The position numbers and the translations under genes are program-made. A DNA stretch of 63,623 nt, counting the filler, from Octopus bimaculoides (lineage: Eukaryota): NCBI RefSeq assembly GCF_001194135.2. It is 4 parts of 4 records of this genome, joined end to end, with 100 filler letters (N's around TTAATTAATTAA, not from the genome) between each part and the next. Parts side by side here need not be neighbours in the genome. Positions count along the whole stretch, not along the records: positions 1 to 29,086 come from NC_068984.1; positions 29,187 to 47,471 come from NC_069007.1; 2 more parts are not named here. One strand, written 5' to 3'. Numbering within the stretch: position 1 is the first letter of the stretch; each line of letters starts with the position of its first letter. Positions 25,201-36,856 of the stretch are shown here, in pieces. Under the pieces are notes generated by a model. The model did not search any database and had not been told where the DNA came from. It saw nothing but the letters and a program-made list of their open reading frames with translations.

Positions 25201-25934
25201 TTATTAAAAATTTACGGATTAATAAGAAAATATAACACGCTTTAAGGAAAAGTTGTTCCTTATCCGTCTGTTGGTCGCTCTCTCTCTCTCTCTTTCTCTC
25301 TCTCTCCCTCNNNNNNNNNNNNNNNNNNNNNNNNNNNNNNNNNNNNNNNNNNNNNNNNNNNNNNNNNNNNNNNNNNNNNNNNNNNNNNNNNNNNNNNNNN
25401 NNNNNNNNNNNNNNNNNNNNNNNNNNNNNNNNNNNNNNNNNNNNNNNNNNNNNNNNNNNNNNNNNNNNNNNNNNNNNNNNNNNNNNNNNNNNNNNNNNNN
25501 NNNNNNNNNNNNNNNNNNNNNNNNNNNNNNNNNNNNNNNNNNNNNNNNNNNNNNNNNNNNNNNNNNNNNNNNNNNNNNNNNNNNNNNNNNNNNNNNNNNN
25601 NNNNNNNNNNNNNNNNNNNNNNNNNNNNNNNNNNNNNNNNNNNNNNNNNNNNNNNNNNNNNNNNNNNNNNNNNNNNNNNNNNNNNNNNNNNNNNNNNNNN
25701 NNNNNNNNNNNNNNNNNNNNNNNNNNNNNNNNNNNNNNNNNNNNNNNNNNNNNNNNNNNNNNNNNNNNNNNNNNNNNNNNNNNNNNNNNNNNNNNNNNNN
25801 NNNNNNNNNNNNNNNNNNNNNNNNNNNNNNNNNNNNNNNNNNNNNNNNNNNNNNNNNNNNNNNNNNNNNCCCTTTGTCTGTCCTTGTTTGTCCCCTCTAT
25901 GTTTATTAGCCTCCTGTGGGCAATAAAGAAATAG

Positions 25935-26004
<70 letters not shown>

Positions 26005-26283
26005 TTGAATGTGTGGAGTAGATAAGCCATTTCGCAAATTCCAAGGTCTCACGGGACGATATTCGGTTGTAGTTTCTGCAACCAAAAGCATTATGGGTAA
26101 TTTCTGCCGAGTAATCGGGTGCAATTCTGTTTCGATTCATTTGGCAGCATGGATATCAGATTGGAACCTCCTGACCTGTATAACAGTCCTAGTATAGGTT
26201 TTAAATTACCCGCCCTTTATGTTATCAATATTCTTAATAATACATGCTTGTGATGTAAATTCCTTCGTGTACCACTATCAACG

Positions 26284-26440
26284 TGGGCGTGGCTGGGTTT
26301 TTAAGGATTTCGCCTTGGTGTCATGATGTCCCGGGTTCGATCTTACTGCGTGGCATTTTGAGCAAATGCATTTTTCCATTAGTTCGGTTCGACCAAGCGT
26401 TGTGAGTGAAATTAGCTGGACAGAATCTGTGCGGAAGCAC
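26284..26440 (+). mobile_element. SINE family S1-like, decayed
   Basis: GGGCGTGGCTG...GGGTTCGATCTTACTGCGTGGCATTTTGAGCAAATG...CGACCAAGCGTTGTGAGTG. Confidence 0.55.
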
Positions 26441-27310
26441 CTCGGATGGATTGTACACGTAACTAGAAGGGCCAGGGATCAGCCTTGTTACATTGTATCA
26501 TAGAAACTCTGTATGAGGGTTACGTTAAGGGAATAAACGCTTACGGGGTACTCAGCCACTTAAATATTAATACAATGAGTAGGTGGTTCAATTGATTGAA
26601 AAGCCAGAATACTCCTCGTTGAGAACGACAGAGAATACATTTCTCGTTTCGTTTTTTTGTCCTTTTTTATGGCTTATGTGAAACAATGATAGATTGTTCA
26701 TCGATCAGGGAGTCGGCTTATCAATCCAGTTATTTTTGTCTTCATTTTACAATCACCAAAAAGATTGGGTTGAAAAGTGCAATATTTCGATTCCTGGTCT
26801 CAACGAACAAACAAATCAAGGCCACTCAGTTCTATTTCTCCTTTCCTATAAACCAAGCGCCAATGAAAGAGGGGTCATTCTAAATTGCTCAATCAGTGAA
26901 AGCAACAGCGAAATCTCTTTCAAATCTCCGTAAGAAATCCCTCGTGGAAGTGATATTACTGTGAGGCAGACGTATTGGGTTACCAACTACTCTTGTTCAG
27001 TTCGAATCTGCTGCTGCTACTGCTGCTGCGACTGCTGCAGCTGTTGTTGCCGTTCCACTCCAATGTGGTCAAGTCATCAAATATTCCATAACTCATCCGA
27101 CTTTGTTTAGCGAACGATAGCGTTGCTTATTACAGGTTGATTGCCAAACAGGTCGACCAGTGGTTTATGGTGTTTTTTAAGAGTGTTTACGACGGCAACA
27201 TTTACGAGAGAGAGTGTCTATTTAATTTTGTTTTATGCTGAAAAAGAAAAAAAATCTGCTGCTCTCTCTATCTCTTTCTCTCTCTCTTTCTCTCTCTTTC
27301 TCTCTCTCTA

Positions 27311-27351
<41 letters not shown>

Positions 27352-27376
27352 TTCTCTCTTTCTCTCTCTTTCTCTT

Positions 27377-27409
<33 letters not shown>

Positions 27410-28000
27410 GCCATTAATAAGTCTTTTTCTTTTCTTTCTTTTTGGTCTGCAACAATTAAAGAAACTACCAAAACTTTTTTCACTTCTGCTTTCAATTTTA
27501 CCTTTACTGGTCTCAGCTAGGGGTTGTGGCCATGCTGGGCTACCGACATTGAGTATCTGCGTTCCCATAAATATATTTTTTCTTGTTTTTCCTTTGTAAC
27601 GTTTTCGAAAATTACAAAAGACTTGTANNNNNNNNNNNNNNNNNNNNNNNNNNNNNNNNNNNNNNNNNNNNNNNNNNNNNNNNNNNNNNNNNNNNNNNNN
27701 NNNNNNNNNNNNNNNNNNNNNNNNNNNNNNNNNNNNNNNNNNNNNNNNNNNNNNNNNNNNNNNNNNNNNNNNNNNNNNNNNNNNNNNNNNNNNNNNNNNN
27801 NNNNNNNNNNNNNNNNNNNNNNNNNNNNNNNNNNNNNNNNNNNNNNNNNNNNNNNNNNNNNNNNNNNNNNNNNNNNNNNNNNNNNNNNNNNNNNNNNNNN
27901 NNNNNNNNNNNNNNNNNNNNNNNNNNNNNNNNNNNNNNNNNNNNNNNNNNNNNNNNNNNNNNNNNNNNNNNNNNNNNNNNNNNNNNNNNNNATATATACA

Positions 28001-28150
28001 TATCCGCCGAGGTCGACTTTGCCTTTCATCCTTTCAGGGTCGATTAAATAAGTACCAGTTACGCACTGGGGTCGATGTAATCGATTTAATCCCTTTGTCT
28101 GTCCTTGTTTGTACCCTCTATGTTTAGCCCCCTGTGGGCAATAAAGAAAT
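28001..28150 (+). mobile_element. S2 SINE 3' half with an alternative tail
   Basis: S2 core followed by CCCTTTGTCTGTCCTTGTTTG...GTGGGCAATAAAGAAATA; the same tail occurs at 25870-25935. Confidence 0.8.
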
Positions 28151-28224
28151 ATATAATCCATGATCTTATGAATGTTCGTGAACCTCAACACTAATGACTA
28201 GTACACACACACACACACACATAT

Positions 28225-28531
28225 CACAGTACCGACCAGACTATCGGATGTTGTTATACATCGCTGGTCACAATGCACTTCCCATTGTTTTATCTTTCGA
28301 ATGACGCCATCTGGTTGGTTAGGCACGCAGGCCAACATACCCTCCTGATCGGAAGGCTAATCCGTCACGGGGGTTACCCATTCATAGGTGAGTGAACTGG
28401 AACAACGTGAAATAAAGTGCTTTGCTTAAGAACATAACGCCCACCACCCCTACCCCGCCCTGTCCGGTCATCGAACCCACGATCTAGTGATCGAGAGTGC
28501 AACAACCTAACCACTAAGCCCACGCGCCTTC

Positions 28532-28533
<2 letters not shown>
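28225..28533 (-). mobile_element. S4-head SINE with a distinct tail
   Basis: Minus-strand head GAAGGCGCGTGGGCTTAGTGGTTAG; tail related to 31285-31330. Confidence 0.7.
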
Positions 28534-28563
<30 letters not shown>

Positions 28564-28623
28564 ACTCACTCACACATGTACTATACCACTTTTAGGACAA
28601 TAAATAGCGTCTAATCTTCTGAT

Positions 28624-29009
28624 GAGGAGGCGCAATGGCCCAGTGGTTAGGGCAGCGGACTCGCGGTCATAGGATCGCGGTTTCGATTCCCAGACCGGGC
28701 GTTGCGAGTGTTTATTGAGCGAAAACAGCTAAAGTTCCACGAGGCTCCGGCAGAGGATCGTGGTGAACCCTGCTCTACTGTCCCACCACAACTTTCTCTC
28801 ATTCTTACTTCCTGTTTCTGTTGTGCCTGTAATTCAAAGGGTCAGCCTTGTCACACTGTGTCACGCTGAATATCCCCGAGAACTACGTTAAGAGTACACG
28901 TGTCTGTGGAGTGCTCAGCCACTTGCACATTAATTTCACGAGCAGGTTGTTCCGTTGATCGGATCGACTGGAACCCTTGACGTCGTAAGCGACGGAGTGC
29001 CAACAAAAA
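28624..29009 (+). mobile_element. Full-length tRNA-derived SINE, family S3, with 11-bp TSD
   Basis: A box TGGCCCAGTGG and B box GGTTTCGATTCC. TSD AATCTTCTGAT at 28613-28623 and 29010-29020. Confidence 0.9.
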
Positions 29010-29086
29010 AATCTTCTGATATATATTTGGGTGAAGGGGGAACACAAGGTTAAGGTTTCGATCCTTGGGGCGGGCTACGTGTTGCT

Positions 29087-29186
29087 NNNNNNNNNNNNNN
29101 NNNNNNNNNNNNNNNNNNNNNNNNNNNNNNTTAATTAATTAANNNNNNNNNNNNNNNNNNNNNNNNNNNNNNNNNNNNNNNNNNNN
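29087..29186. other. Artificial scaffold-joining spacer (44 N + TTAATTAATTAA + 44 N)
   Basis: Identical 100-bp structure at three positions; the 12-mer gives stop codons in all six frames. Confidence 0.95.
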
Positions 29187-29630
29187 TATATATATATATA
29201 TATAATTAAAAAATTTAAGGAATACAAATTTATATGTAAATATAGATAGATATATGCACTACGCCTTTCTTTTCGTTTCCGTCTACCGAACCCCCTCACA
29301 AGGCTTTGTGCTTTGTTCGACGTCCTACTATAGAAGAGACTTTCCAGGGTTTGAGCCAAGAAGCACGAGGTTGGAAAGCAAGCTTGTTAACATACAGCCA
29401 CGCCTCACCGTATATGTATACACGTATATATATACTTTCGTGACGCATACATGTCCCAACTCCCGAACGGGTCGTCAGTTTGTGTCAGAATTACTAATTT
29501 GCAATTTTGGATAGATTTAGCACCCTTGTATGTAGGTGCGCAGCCCAATATTCCCTGTTATTGGAAGGACTATCTCTGGGATGGTTACGCATTTACAGCT
29601 GGACCTAGTGGGGCAAACGAAACAATATGT

Positions 29631-30016
29631 TGTTGTTGCACTCCGTCGCTTACGACGTCGAGGGTTCCAGTTAATCCGATCAACGGGACAGCCGGCTTGT
29701 GAAATTAACGTGCAAGTGGTTGAGCACTCCACAGACACGTGTACCCTTAACGTAATTCTCGGGGATATTCAGCGTGACACAGTGTGACAAGGCTGACCCT
29801 TTGAATTACAGGCACAGCAGAAACAGGAAGTAAGAGAGAGAGAAAGTTATGGTGAAACAGTACAGCAGGGTTCGTCACCATCCCCTGCCGGAGCCTCGTG
29901 GAGCTTTTAGGTGTTTTCGCTCAATAAACACTCACAACTCCCGGTCTGGGAATCGAAGCCGCGATCCTATAACCGCAAGTCCGCTGCCCTAACCACTGGG
30001 CCATTGCGCCTCCACT
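29631..30016 (-). mobile_element. Full-length S3 SINE with 11-bp TSD, nested in an older S4-like element
   Basis: TSD AAACAATATGT at 29620-29630 and 30017-30027. The flanks rejoin into an S4-like core (..GCAAACGAAACAATATGTATTGCTCAAGAACACAACG). Confidence 0.9.
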
Positions 30017-30059
30017 AAACAATATGTATTGCTCAAGAACACAACGAGTCGCCTGTTCT

Positions 30060-30252
30060 ATAAATAGTTATCGAAATCGCAATCATATCTCTGGCCCATA
30101 GAAATACAGGTACAGCTCATTATTGCAAGCTGAGTGGACTGGAGCAACGTGAAATAAATTTTCTTGCTCAAGGACACAGCGTGTCGCCGAGAATTGAACT
30201 CACGACTTTACGATCGTAAATCGAATACCCTAACCGCTAAGCCATGCGCCTT
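30060..30252 (-). mobile_element. SINE family S4, 5' part
   Basis: AGCTGAGTGGACTGGAGCAACGTGAAATA...GAATTGAACTC...TAAGCCATGCGCCTT. Confidence 0.75.
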
Positions 30253-31097
30253 AATTCCATCGATATAAAATACAAATTATGATATACTCTGTTTCGTAGA
30301 AATTACAGAAATTCAGGCATTCATATAAGCATGCGAAATATATATATTCATGTATTTATTATTTGCGAGGCTGTAATATATTTCGGAGTCGATGAAAGAC
30401 ATAATTTATGATTTTCAAATAGAATTGAGAAGGAAAATCCAAGAATTTGTAATGTTAGATTTTATATGGGAAACGGTAGACCATAATTTATGGTATTTCT
30501 GTGATGTGTATGTGTCTGTGATTGAAAATGGTAATCTGTTCTGTAAACCAATTTCGCTGAATCTGCGACTAATCTTCGGTTCGAAGAATTTGTTTATAGC
30601 CTGAAGTCTTCAGTAGGCTCGCTGCGGTTGGTCATATCAACACGTTGGCACAAATTTTCCGATAATCGGTTGCGTCTTAAGGTGTTTTGTTCCATGTTCA
30701 CTTTAATGGTCATGTGACTGTTCACAATATAATGTCGAAGAGAGGTCACATGACCGACGATATTTCAGCGCCAAGACGGCTAAGGAAACTTGATTCACTG
30801 CTAGTAATAAAAGCGATTATATTTATGTATGTATGTATGTATGTGTGTTTGTACATTTGATTTCATGAATGTGCCCACCGTAAACACATAAATACAAAAA
30901 GGGTGTGTGTGTGTGTGAGATAGATAGATAGAGAGATAGAGAGAAAGAAAGAGAGAAAGAGGGAGAGAGAGAGAGAGAGAGAAAGAGATGAGAATTACGG
31001 AAGACCATAACGAAGGTAATATTACACACGCTGAACATTTTACAATTTTGAACACGTTTCTTTTAACATATAAAAACGGAATTGCAACACCCTAAGC

Positions 31098-31335
31098 ACT
31101 GTGTGCGTGGCTCAGTGGTTAGGGTTCGATTCCCCGAACGGGCGGGGCGTTGTGTTCATGGTTAAAAGACTTCATTTTAGATTGGACCAGTTCGTCCAGC
31201 TGTAAATATGAAACACTGCTATGGACTAGCTGCCCAATAAGGAAGAATGCTGGTTCCGCACCTAAGCATCAAGCCAGCATCACTTGAAAGGTAAAATGAT
31301 GTATAAAGCGCATTGTGATCAGCGATATATACGAA
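31098..31335 (+). mobile_element. S4-head SINE, decayed
   Basis: GCGTGGCTCAGTGGTTAGGGTTCGATTCCC; tail related to 28225-28290. Confidence 0.6.
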
Positions 31336-31395
31336 CAGCCACTACTCTGCTCAATTACATGCTCATGTAGTCATATGTATATATAATTTTTAAAA

Positions 31396-31597
31396 AATAA
31401 ATAAATGCGCCCTTTTAAAGCCTAGCCAGACTCATGCGCCCGGTTTCCCGGTTTCTATGGCGTATGTGTTCCCCCCAGCAGGACGGGACGACAGTCCATC
31501 GCAGCGTTACTCATTTTTGCCAGCAACGTGAACTAAAATGTTTTGCTCAAAAACACAACGCGTCGCCTAGGCTAGGAATCGAAACCACAATCTTGCG

Positions 31598-31600
<3 letters not shown>
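31396..31600 (-). mobile_element. SINE family S4
   Basis: Reverse complement of 24940-25200. Confidence 0.85.
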
Positions 31601-31633
<33 letters not shown>

Positions 31634-33634
31634 NNNNNNNNNNNNNNNNNNNNNNNNNNNNNNNNNNNNNNNNNNNNNNNNNNNNNNNNNNNNNNNNNNN
31701 NNNNNNNNNNNNNNNNNNNNNNNNNNNNNNNNNNNNNNNNNNNNNNNNNNNNNNNNNNNNNNNNNNNNNNNNNNNNNNNNNNNNNNNNNNNNNNNNNNNN
31801 NNNNNNNNNNNNNNNNNNNNNNNNNNNNNNNNNNNNNNNNNNNNNNNNNNNNNNNNNNNNNNNNNNNNNNNNNNNNNNNNNNNNNNNNNNNNNNNNNNNN
31901 NNNNNNNNNNNNNNNNNNNNNNNNNNNNNNNNNNNNNNNNNNNNNNNNNNNNNNNNNNNNNNNNNNNNNNNNNNNNNNNNNNNNNNNNNNNNNNNNNNNN
32001 NNNNNNNNNNNNNNNNNNNNNNNNNNNNNNNNNNNNNNNNNNNNNNNNNNNNNNNNNNNNNNNNNNNNNNNNNNNNNNNNNNNNNNNNNNNNNNNNNNNN
32101 NNNNNNNNNNNNNNNNNNNNNNNNNNNNNNNNNNNNNNNNNNNNNNNNNNNNNNNNNNNNNNNNNNNNNNNNNNNNNNNNNNNNNNNNNNNNNNNNNNNN
32201 NNNNNNNNNNNNNNNNNNNNNNNNNNNNNNNNNNNNNNNNNNNNNNNNNNNNNNNNNNNNNNNNNNNNNNNNNNNNNNNNNNNNNNNNNNNNNNNNNNNN
32301 NNNNNNNNNNNNNNNNNNNNNNNNNNNNNNNNNNNNNNNNNNNNNNNNNNNNNNNNNNNNNNNNNNNNNNNNNNNNNNNNNNNNNNNNNNNNNNNNNNNN
32401 NNNNNNNNNNNNNNNNNNNNNNNNNNNNNNNNNNNNNNNNNNNNNNNNNNNNNNNNNNNNNNNNNNNNNNNNNNNNNNNNNNNNNNNNNNNNNNNNNNNN
32501 NNNNNNNNNNNNNNNNNNNNNNNNNNNNNNNNNNNNNNNNNNNNNNNNNNNNNNNNNNNNNNNNNNNNNNNNNNNNNNNNNNNNNNNNNNNNNNNNNNNN
32601 NNNNNNNNNNNNNNNGTGTGTGTGTGTGTGTGTGTGTGCTTGTGTTTGTGCGTGCATGTGTGGGTATGTATAAGTATGTTTTATGAACGTATTAGTGCAT
32701 CTGCATGTGTACTTAGGGATATCTACGCATATGTTTCTATGAAATTATTTCTGTGCATAAACTGTGGTACGTTTGCATTAGCTATGACGTCATGCTAATA
32801 TCACAAAATTGGGAAGCTTTATCGATCTGCTTTCACCAGATGATCGATGAACAGATGAAAGGAGCCGTCGATGAAACGATAAATAGAGCAAATCAAACAT
32901 CCCCAAAACATCGGTAGAGGGCGCCTATTTAAACATTTAAAACGCGAGGAAAATACCAAATTTCACACATACTGCATATGCGTCTATCAAAATAATTTAA
33001 TATTTCTTTTTTTCTTTTACAATTTTTGGTTCAGAAGACAATATGGGTGCATGTGTGCGTATATGCAAATGTATGTAAGTATGTATACGGAGACGGGAAA
33101 TTGTACGTGTGTGAACATGTGTACTTGCGCTTATATGTGAATATATANNNNNNNNNNNNNNNNNNNNNNNNNNNNNNNNNNNNNNNNNNNNNNNNNNNNN
33201 NNNNNNNNNNNNNNNNNNNNNNNNNNNNNNNNNNNNNNNNNNNNNNNNNNNNNNNNNNNNNNNNNNNNNNNNNNNNNNNNNNNNNNNNNNNNNNNNNNNN
33301 NNNNNNNNNNNNNNNNNNNNNNNNNNNNNNNNNNNNNNNNNNNNNNNNNNNNNNNNNNNNNNNNNNNNNNNNNNNNNNNNNNNNNNNNNNNNNNNNNNNN
33401 NNNNNNNNNNNNNNNNNNNNNNNNNNNNNNNNNNNNNNNNNNNNNNNNNNNNNNNNNNNNNNNNNNNNNNNNNNNNNNNNNNNNNNNNNNNNNNNNNNNN
33501 NNNNNNNNNNNNNNNNNNNNNNNNNNNNNNNNNNNNNNNNNNNNNNNNNNNNNNNNNNNNNNNNNNNNNNNNNNNNNNNNNNNNNNNNNNNNNNNNNNNN
33601 NNNNNNNNNNNNNNNNNNNNNNNNNNNNNNNNNN

Positions 33635-33681
<47 letters not shown>

Positions 33682-33802
33682 CACATTGGTGTATGTGCAT
33701 GGTACCTATTTATTGATTGATATACCGGTATGTATGAGAGAGTCTCATTCGTCTTTTCATGTCTGTATTCCGGAAAATACTCTGAAAGCGTTAATATATA
33801 AA

Positions 33803-34045
33803 CTAGCAGAGTCACCCGGCGTTGCCCGATAATAAAATCGGTCCTTATATATTGGAAGAAAAAAGCAAAATATGTTGCATACAACATTCCTTGTTTTCTG
33901 TTTCGAGCACATACAAATAAGTCTATAAACCTTGCAATCTACCAACCCTGGAGCAACCAACATAAATTTGACCATGAGAAAAACATGGCTCAGTTAAGTG
34001 CAAGCCAGTATATTGCAAAATCTGACCTTCAGATTTATTAATAGA
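33803..34045 (-). mobile_element. Non-autonomous Helitron-like element
   Basis: On the minus strand it begins TCTATTAATAAA and ends CGGGCAACGCCGGGTGACTCTGCTAG|T (GC-rich subterminal segment plus CTAG). A similar 3' end lies at 52640-52666. Confidence 0.4.
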
Positions 34046-34221
34046 CACTGGAAAGCAAAGTCGCACTGGGAATTGTGTTTGTTTGAACTCAAATATCATA
34101 TCTGTTGGTTTGATTGGAATCTTTGGAATGAAAACCTCTTTGCCCGAGGCACATCAAGTGATGGTTGTAGCGTCTATTACATTAGGTCATTATGCCTTTA
34201 TGATCAACCTTGTCCCATTGC

Positions 34222-35083
34222 ATTATTATTATTACCATTATCATTATTATCATTATTATTATTGATTTTTTTTCCGGCTTCCTTTTCATTTATTGCCGAG
34301 TGTCTTCCCGACACCAAGGCATTGAAGCTCACTGCATACAATGGTAGACAATTAGAATTAACACCAGTTCTTTTCATTTACAAAATCATATGGAGTTACA
34401 TTAAAACAAAACAAAATTACTTGGATAGTAATCGTTCTCACAGCGACAGTGCACCTCTCAATACCTGTGACGTGTCAGTAGAAAATCTTTTGCCCTTATT
34501 GCATGGAGAGGAAGCGAAGCATCGTTCTCATAATTTTCATTTCTTTTTGTTGATCATTCCAAATCCTCCTACAATCATTGCTATTGTAACTAACTTAAGG
34601 TGTCATTTTTGTTTTTCAATTACATTCAGCAAATCTTTTTTTATTTTCTGATCTTGTTGAATTCTTTTGCCGAGGTATCATGACCACAAGGAATGCTCAT
34701 GTCGATCAATAAGTACACTTTATTGTTTTGGTCTTTGAGAACAATAGCCAGTTTATTAGCTTTGCTGGTTCTTTCTGTATGTACTGCAAAGTCCGAAAGA
34801 ATCGTTATATTTTCTCCCTCAGTTACAGCCTCACGGTGATGATTAGACCATTTGTCAACGGTTTTGATTTTATAATGGCGACATATTAACCAGTGTAGAT
34901 ATCTGCTATCTATGTCCTCTCTTGGTTTATGATTTCTTGGTTCATACTTAAGCAGTATGTAATAGGCCTTCACGCTCATCATTCTCTTTGCCATAGAATT
35001 TTAAGTCACCCATATAAAATAGATAGCTTATTTTCTTGTTGTCACTTTTATATCCCTTCCCTATTCTGTTCGGTTTCTTGTAA
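34222..35083 (-). mobile_element. Internally deleted R4/Dong-type non-LTR retrotransposon (RT motif + RLE domain + TAA tail)
   Basis: GKGYKSDNKKISYLFYMGDLKFYGKE (decayed YMDD box; YMGD at 35005-35016), YLHWLIC..ILSDFAVHTERTSKANKLAIVLKD..LLIDMSIP (REL domain), TSQVLRGALSL* (stop 34438-34440), and a (TAA)n tail at 34222-34263. Confidence 0.85.
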
Positions 35084-35825
35084 NNNNNNNNNNNNNNNNN
35101 NNNNNNNNNNNNNNNNNNNNNNNNNNNNNNNNNNNNNNNNNNNNNNNNNNNNNNNNNNNNNNNNNNNNNNNNNNNNNNNNNNNNNNNNNNNNNNNNNNNN
35201 NNNNNNNNNNNNNNNNNNNNNNNNNNNNNNNNNNNNNNNNNNNNNNNNNNNNNNNNNNNNNNNNNNNNNNNNNNNNNNNNNNNNNNNNNNNNNNNNNNNN
35301 NNNNNNNNNNNNNNNNNNNNNNNNNNNNNNNNNNNNNNNNNNNNNNNNNNNNNNNNNNNNNNNNNNNNNNNNNNNNNNNNNNNNNNNNNNNNNNNNNNNN
35401 NNNNNNNNNNNNNNNNNNNNNNNNNNNNNNNNNNNNNNNNNNNNNNNNNNNNNNNNNNNNNNNNNNNNNNNNNNNNNNNNNNNNNNNNNNNNNNNNNNNN
35501 NNNNNNNNNNNNNNNNNNNNNNNNNNNNNNNNNNNNNNNNNNNNNNNNNNNNNNNNNNNNNNNNNNNNNNNNNNNNNNNNNNNNNNNNNNNNNNNNNNNN
35601 NNNNNNNNNNNNNNNNNNNNNNNNNNNNNNNNNNNNNNNNNNNNNNNNNNNNNNNNNNNNNNNNNNNNNNNNNNNNNNNNNNNNNNNNNNNNNNNNNNNN
35701 NNNNNNNNNNNNNNNNNNNNNNNNNNNNNNNNNNNNNNNNNNNNNNNNNNNNNNNNNNNNNNNNNNNNNNNNNNNNNNNNNNNNNNNNNNNNNNNNNNNN
35801 NNNNNNNNNNNNNNNNNNNNNNNNN

Positions 35826-35899
<74 letters not shown>

Positions 35900-35937
35900 C
35901 AGCAACAACAATAACAACAATAATAATACTAATAATA

Positions 35938-36055
35938 ATCAGGAAAGTATTAGATAGCTGAAAAGAACGGATACCATTGTACCGTAGGCTACATGTAACA
36001 AGCCCGATACGCAAACCAGACTCCAGGAGTTCCAACAAAACCTGTGAGAAAAAGA

Positions 36056-36104
<49 letters not shown>

Positions 36105-36105
36105 T
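35938..36105 (+). mobile_element. 5'-truncated 3' end of a probable Dong-like LINE within (TAA)n
   Basis: IRKVLDS* followed by ~95 bp of 3' UTR, embedded between (AAT)n arrays; Dong elements target TAA repeats. Confidence 0.45.
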
Positions 36106-36524
36106 TGTGCTGTTTATCTTCATATAAGATCACTATGTCGTGCACATATGGTTGTGATGCATGTGCCTGGTGTACGCTTATCACGTGGGTAATCATAATG
36201 GGTATAATGGGCTTTGTATATTTTACCCCAGTGTCACTTTGATGGCTAGCATTACTCTGTCACTCAATAATAATAATAATAAGAAATAATGGCTTCTGAT
36301 CGTAAATGATTGAAACTTTTATCATATACATGTTTGACTCGGTGTAAGACGTTAGCTACAGCAAATAATCTGCTCAATACCGCAGATTTGCTTGTCAGTT
36401 CAGCATGTCTCTTTGTGGAATCTCTGATCACGAGCAGGAATAGTGGGGGAGTATCAGAAGGATCCTTTTGAGGTCTAAATAATTCGCCTGTGGAAACATG
36501 GGGGCTTCATTCATCATCCTTAAA

Positions 36525-36856
36525 AGAAAGGAGCACTCCGTCGGTTACAACGACGAGGGTCCCAGCTGATACGATCAACGGAACAGCCTGCTCATGAAAT
36601 TAACGTGCAAGTGGCTGAGCACTCCACAGACACGTGTAACCCTAACGTAGTTCTTAGGGAGACTCAGCGTGACACATAGAGTGACAAGGCCGGCCCCTTT
36701 GAAATACAGGTACTACTCATTTTTGCCAGCTGAGTGGACTGGAGCAACGTGAGATAAAGTGTCTTGCGCAAGGACACAATGTGTCGCCGGGAATCGAACT
36801 CACGACCTTACTATCGTGAGCCGAATGCCCTAACCACTAAGCCACGCACCTTCAGC
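36525..36856 (-). mobile_element. Chimeric SINE: S4 head/core + S3 tail, with 13-bp TSD
   Basis: TSD CATCATCCTTAAA at 36512-36524 and 36857-36869. Confidence 0.85.

Noticed and set aside
26686-26933. ORFs 26686-26883 and 26694-26933, and minus-strand ORF 8476-8862
   Set aside because: Short, with no domain signature; consistent with chance ORFs.
28613-28640. CTGATGAGG as a hammerhead core
   Set aside because: It arises from the SINE TSD/head junction, and no GAAA or stems are in register.
28628-28700. tRNA gene-like sequences at SINE heads
   Set aside because: They retain A/B boxes but no complete cloverleaf or acceptor stem, and they continue into SINE bodies.
32911-32926. TAGAGGGCGC partial CTCF motif
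   Set aside because: The 5' half (CCAC/CCAG) is absent, and it is a single occurrence.
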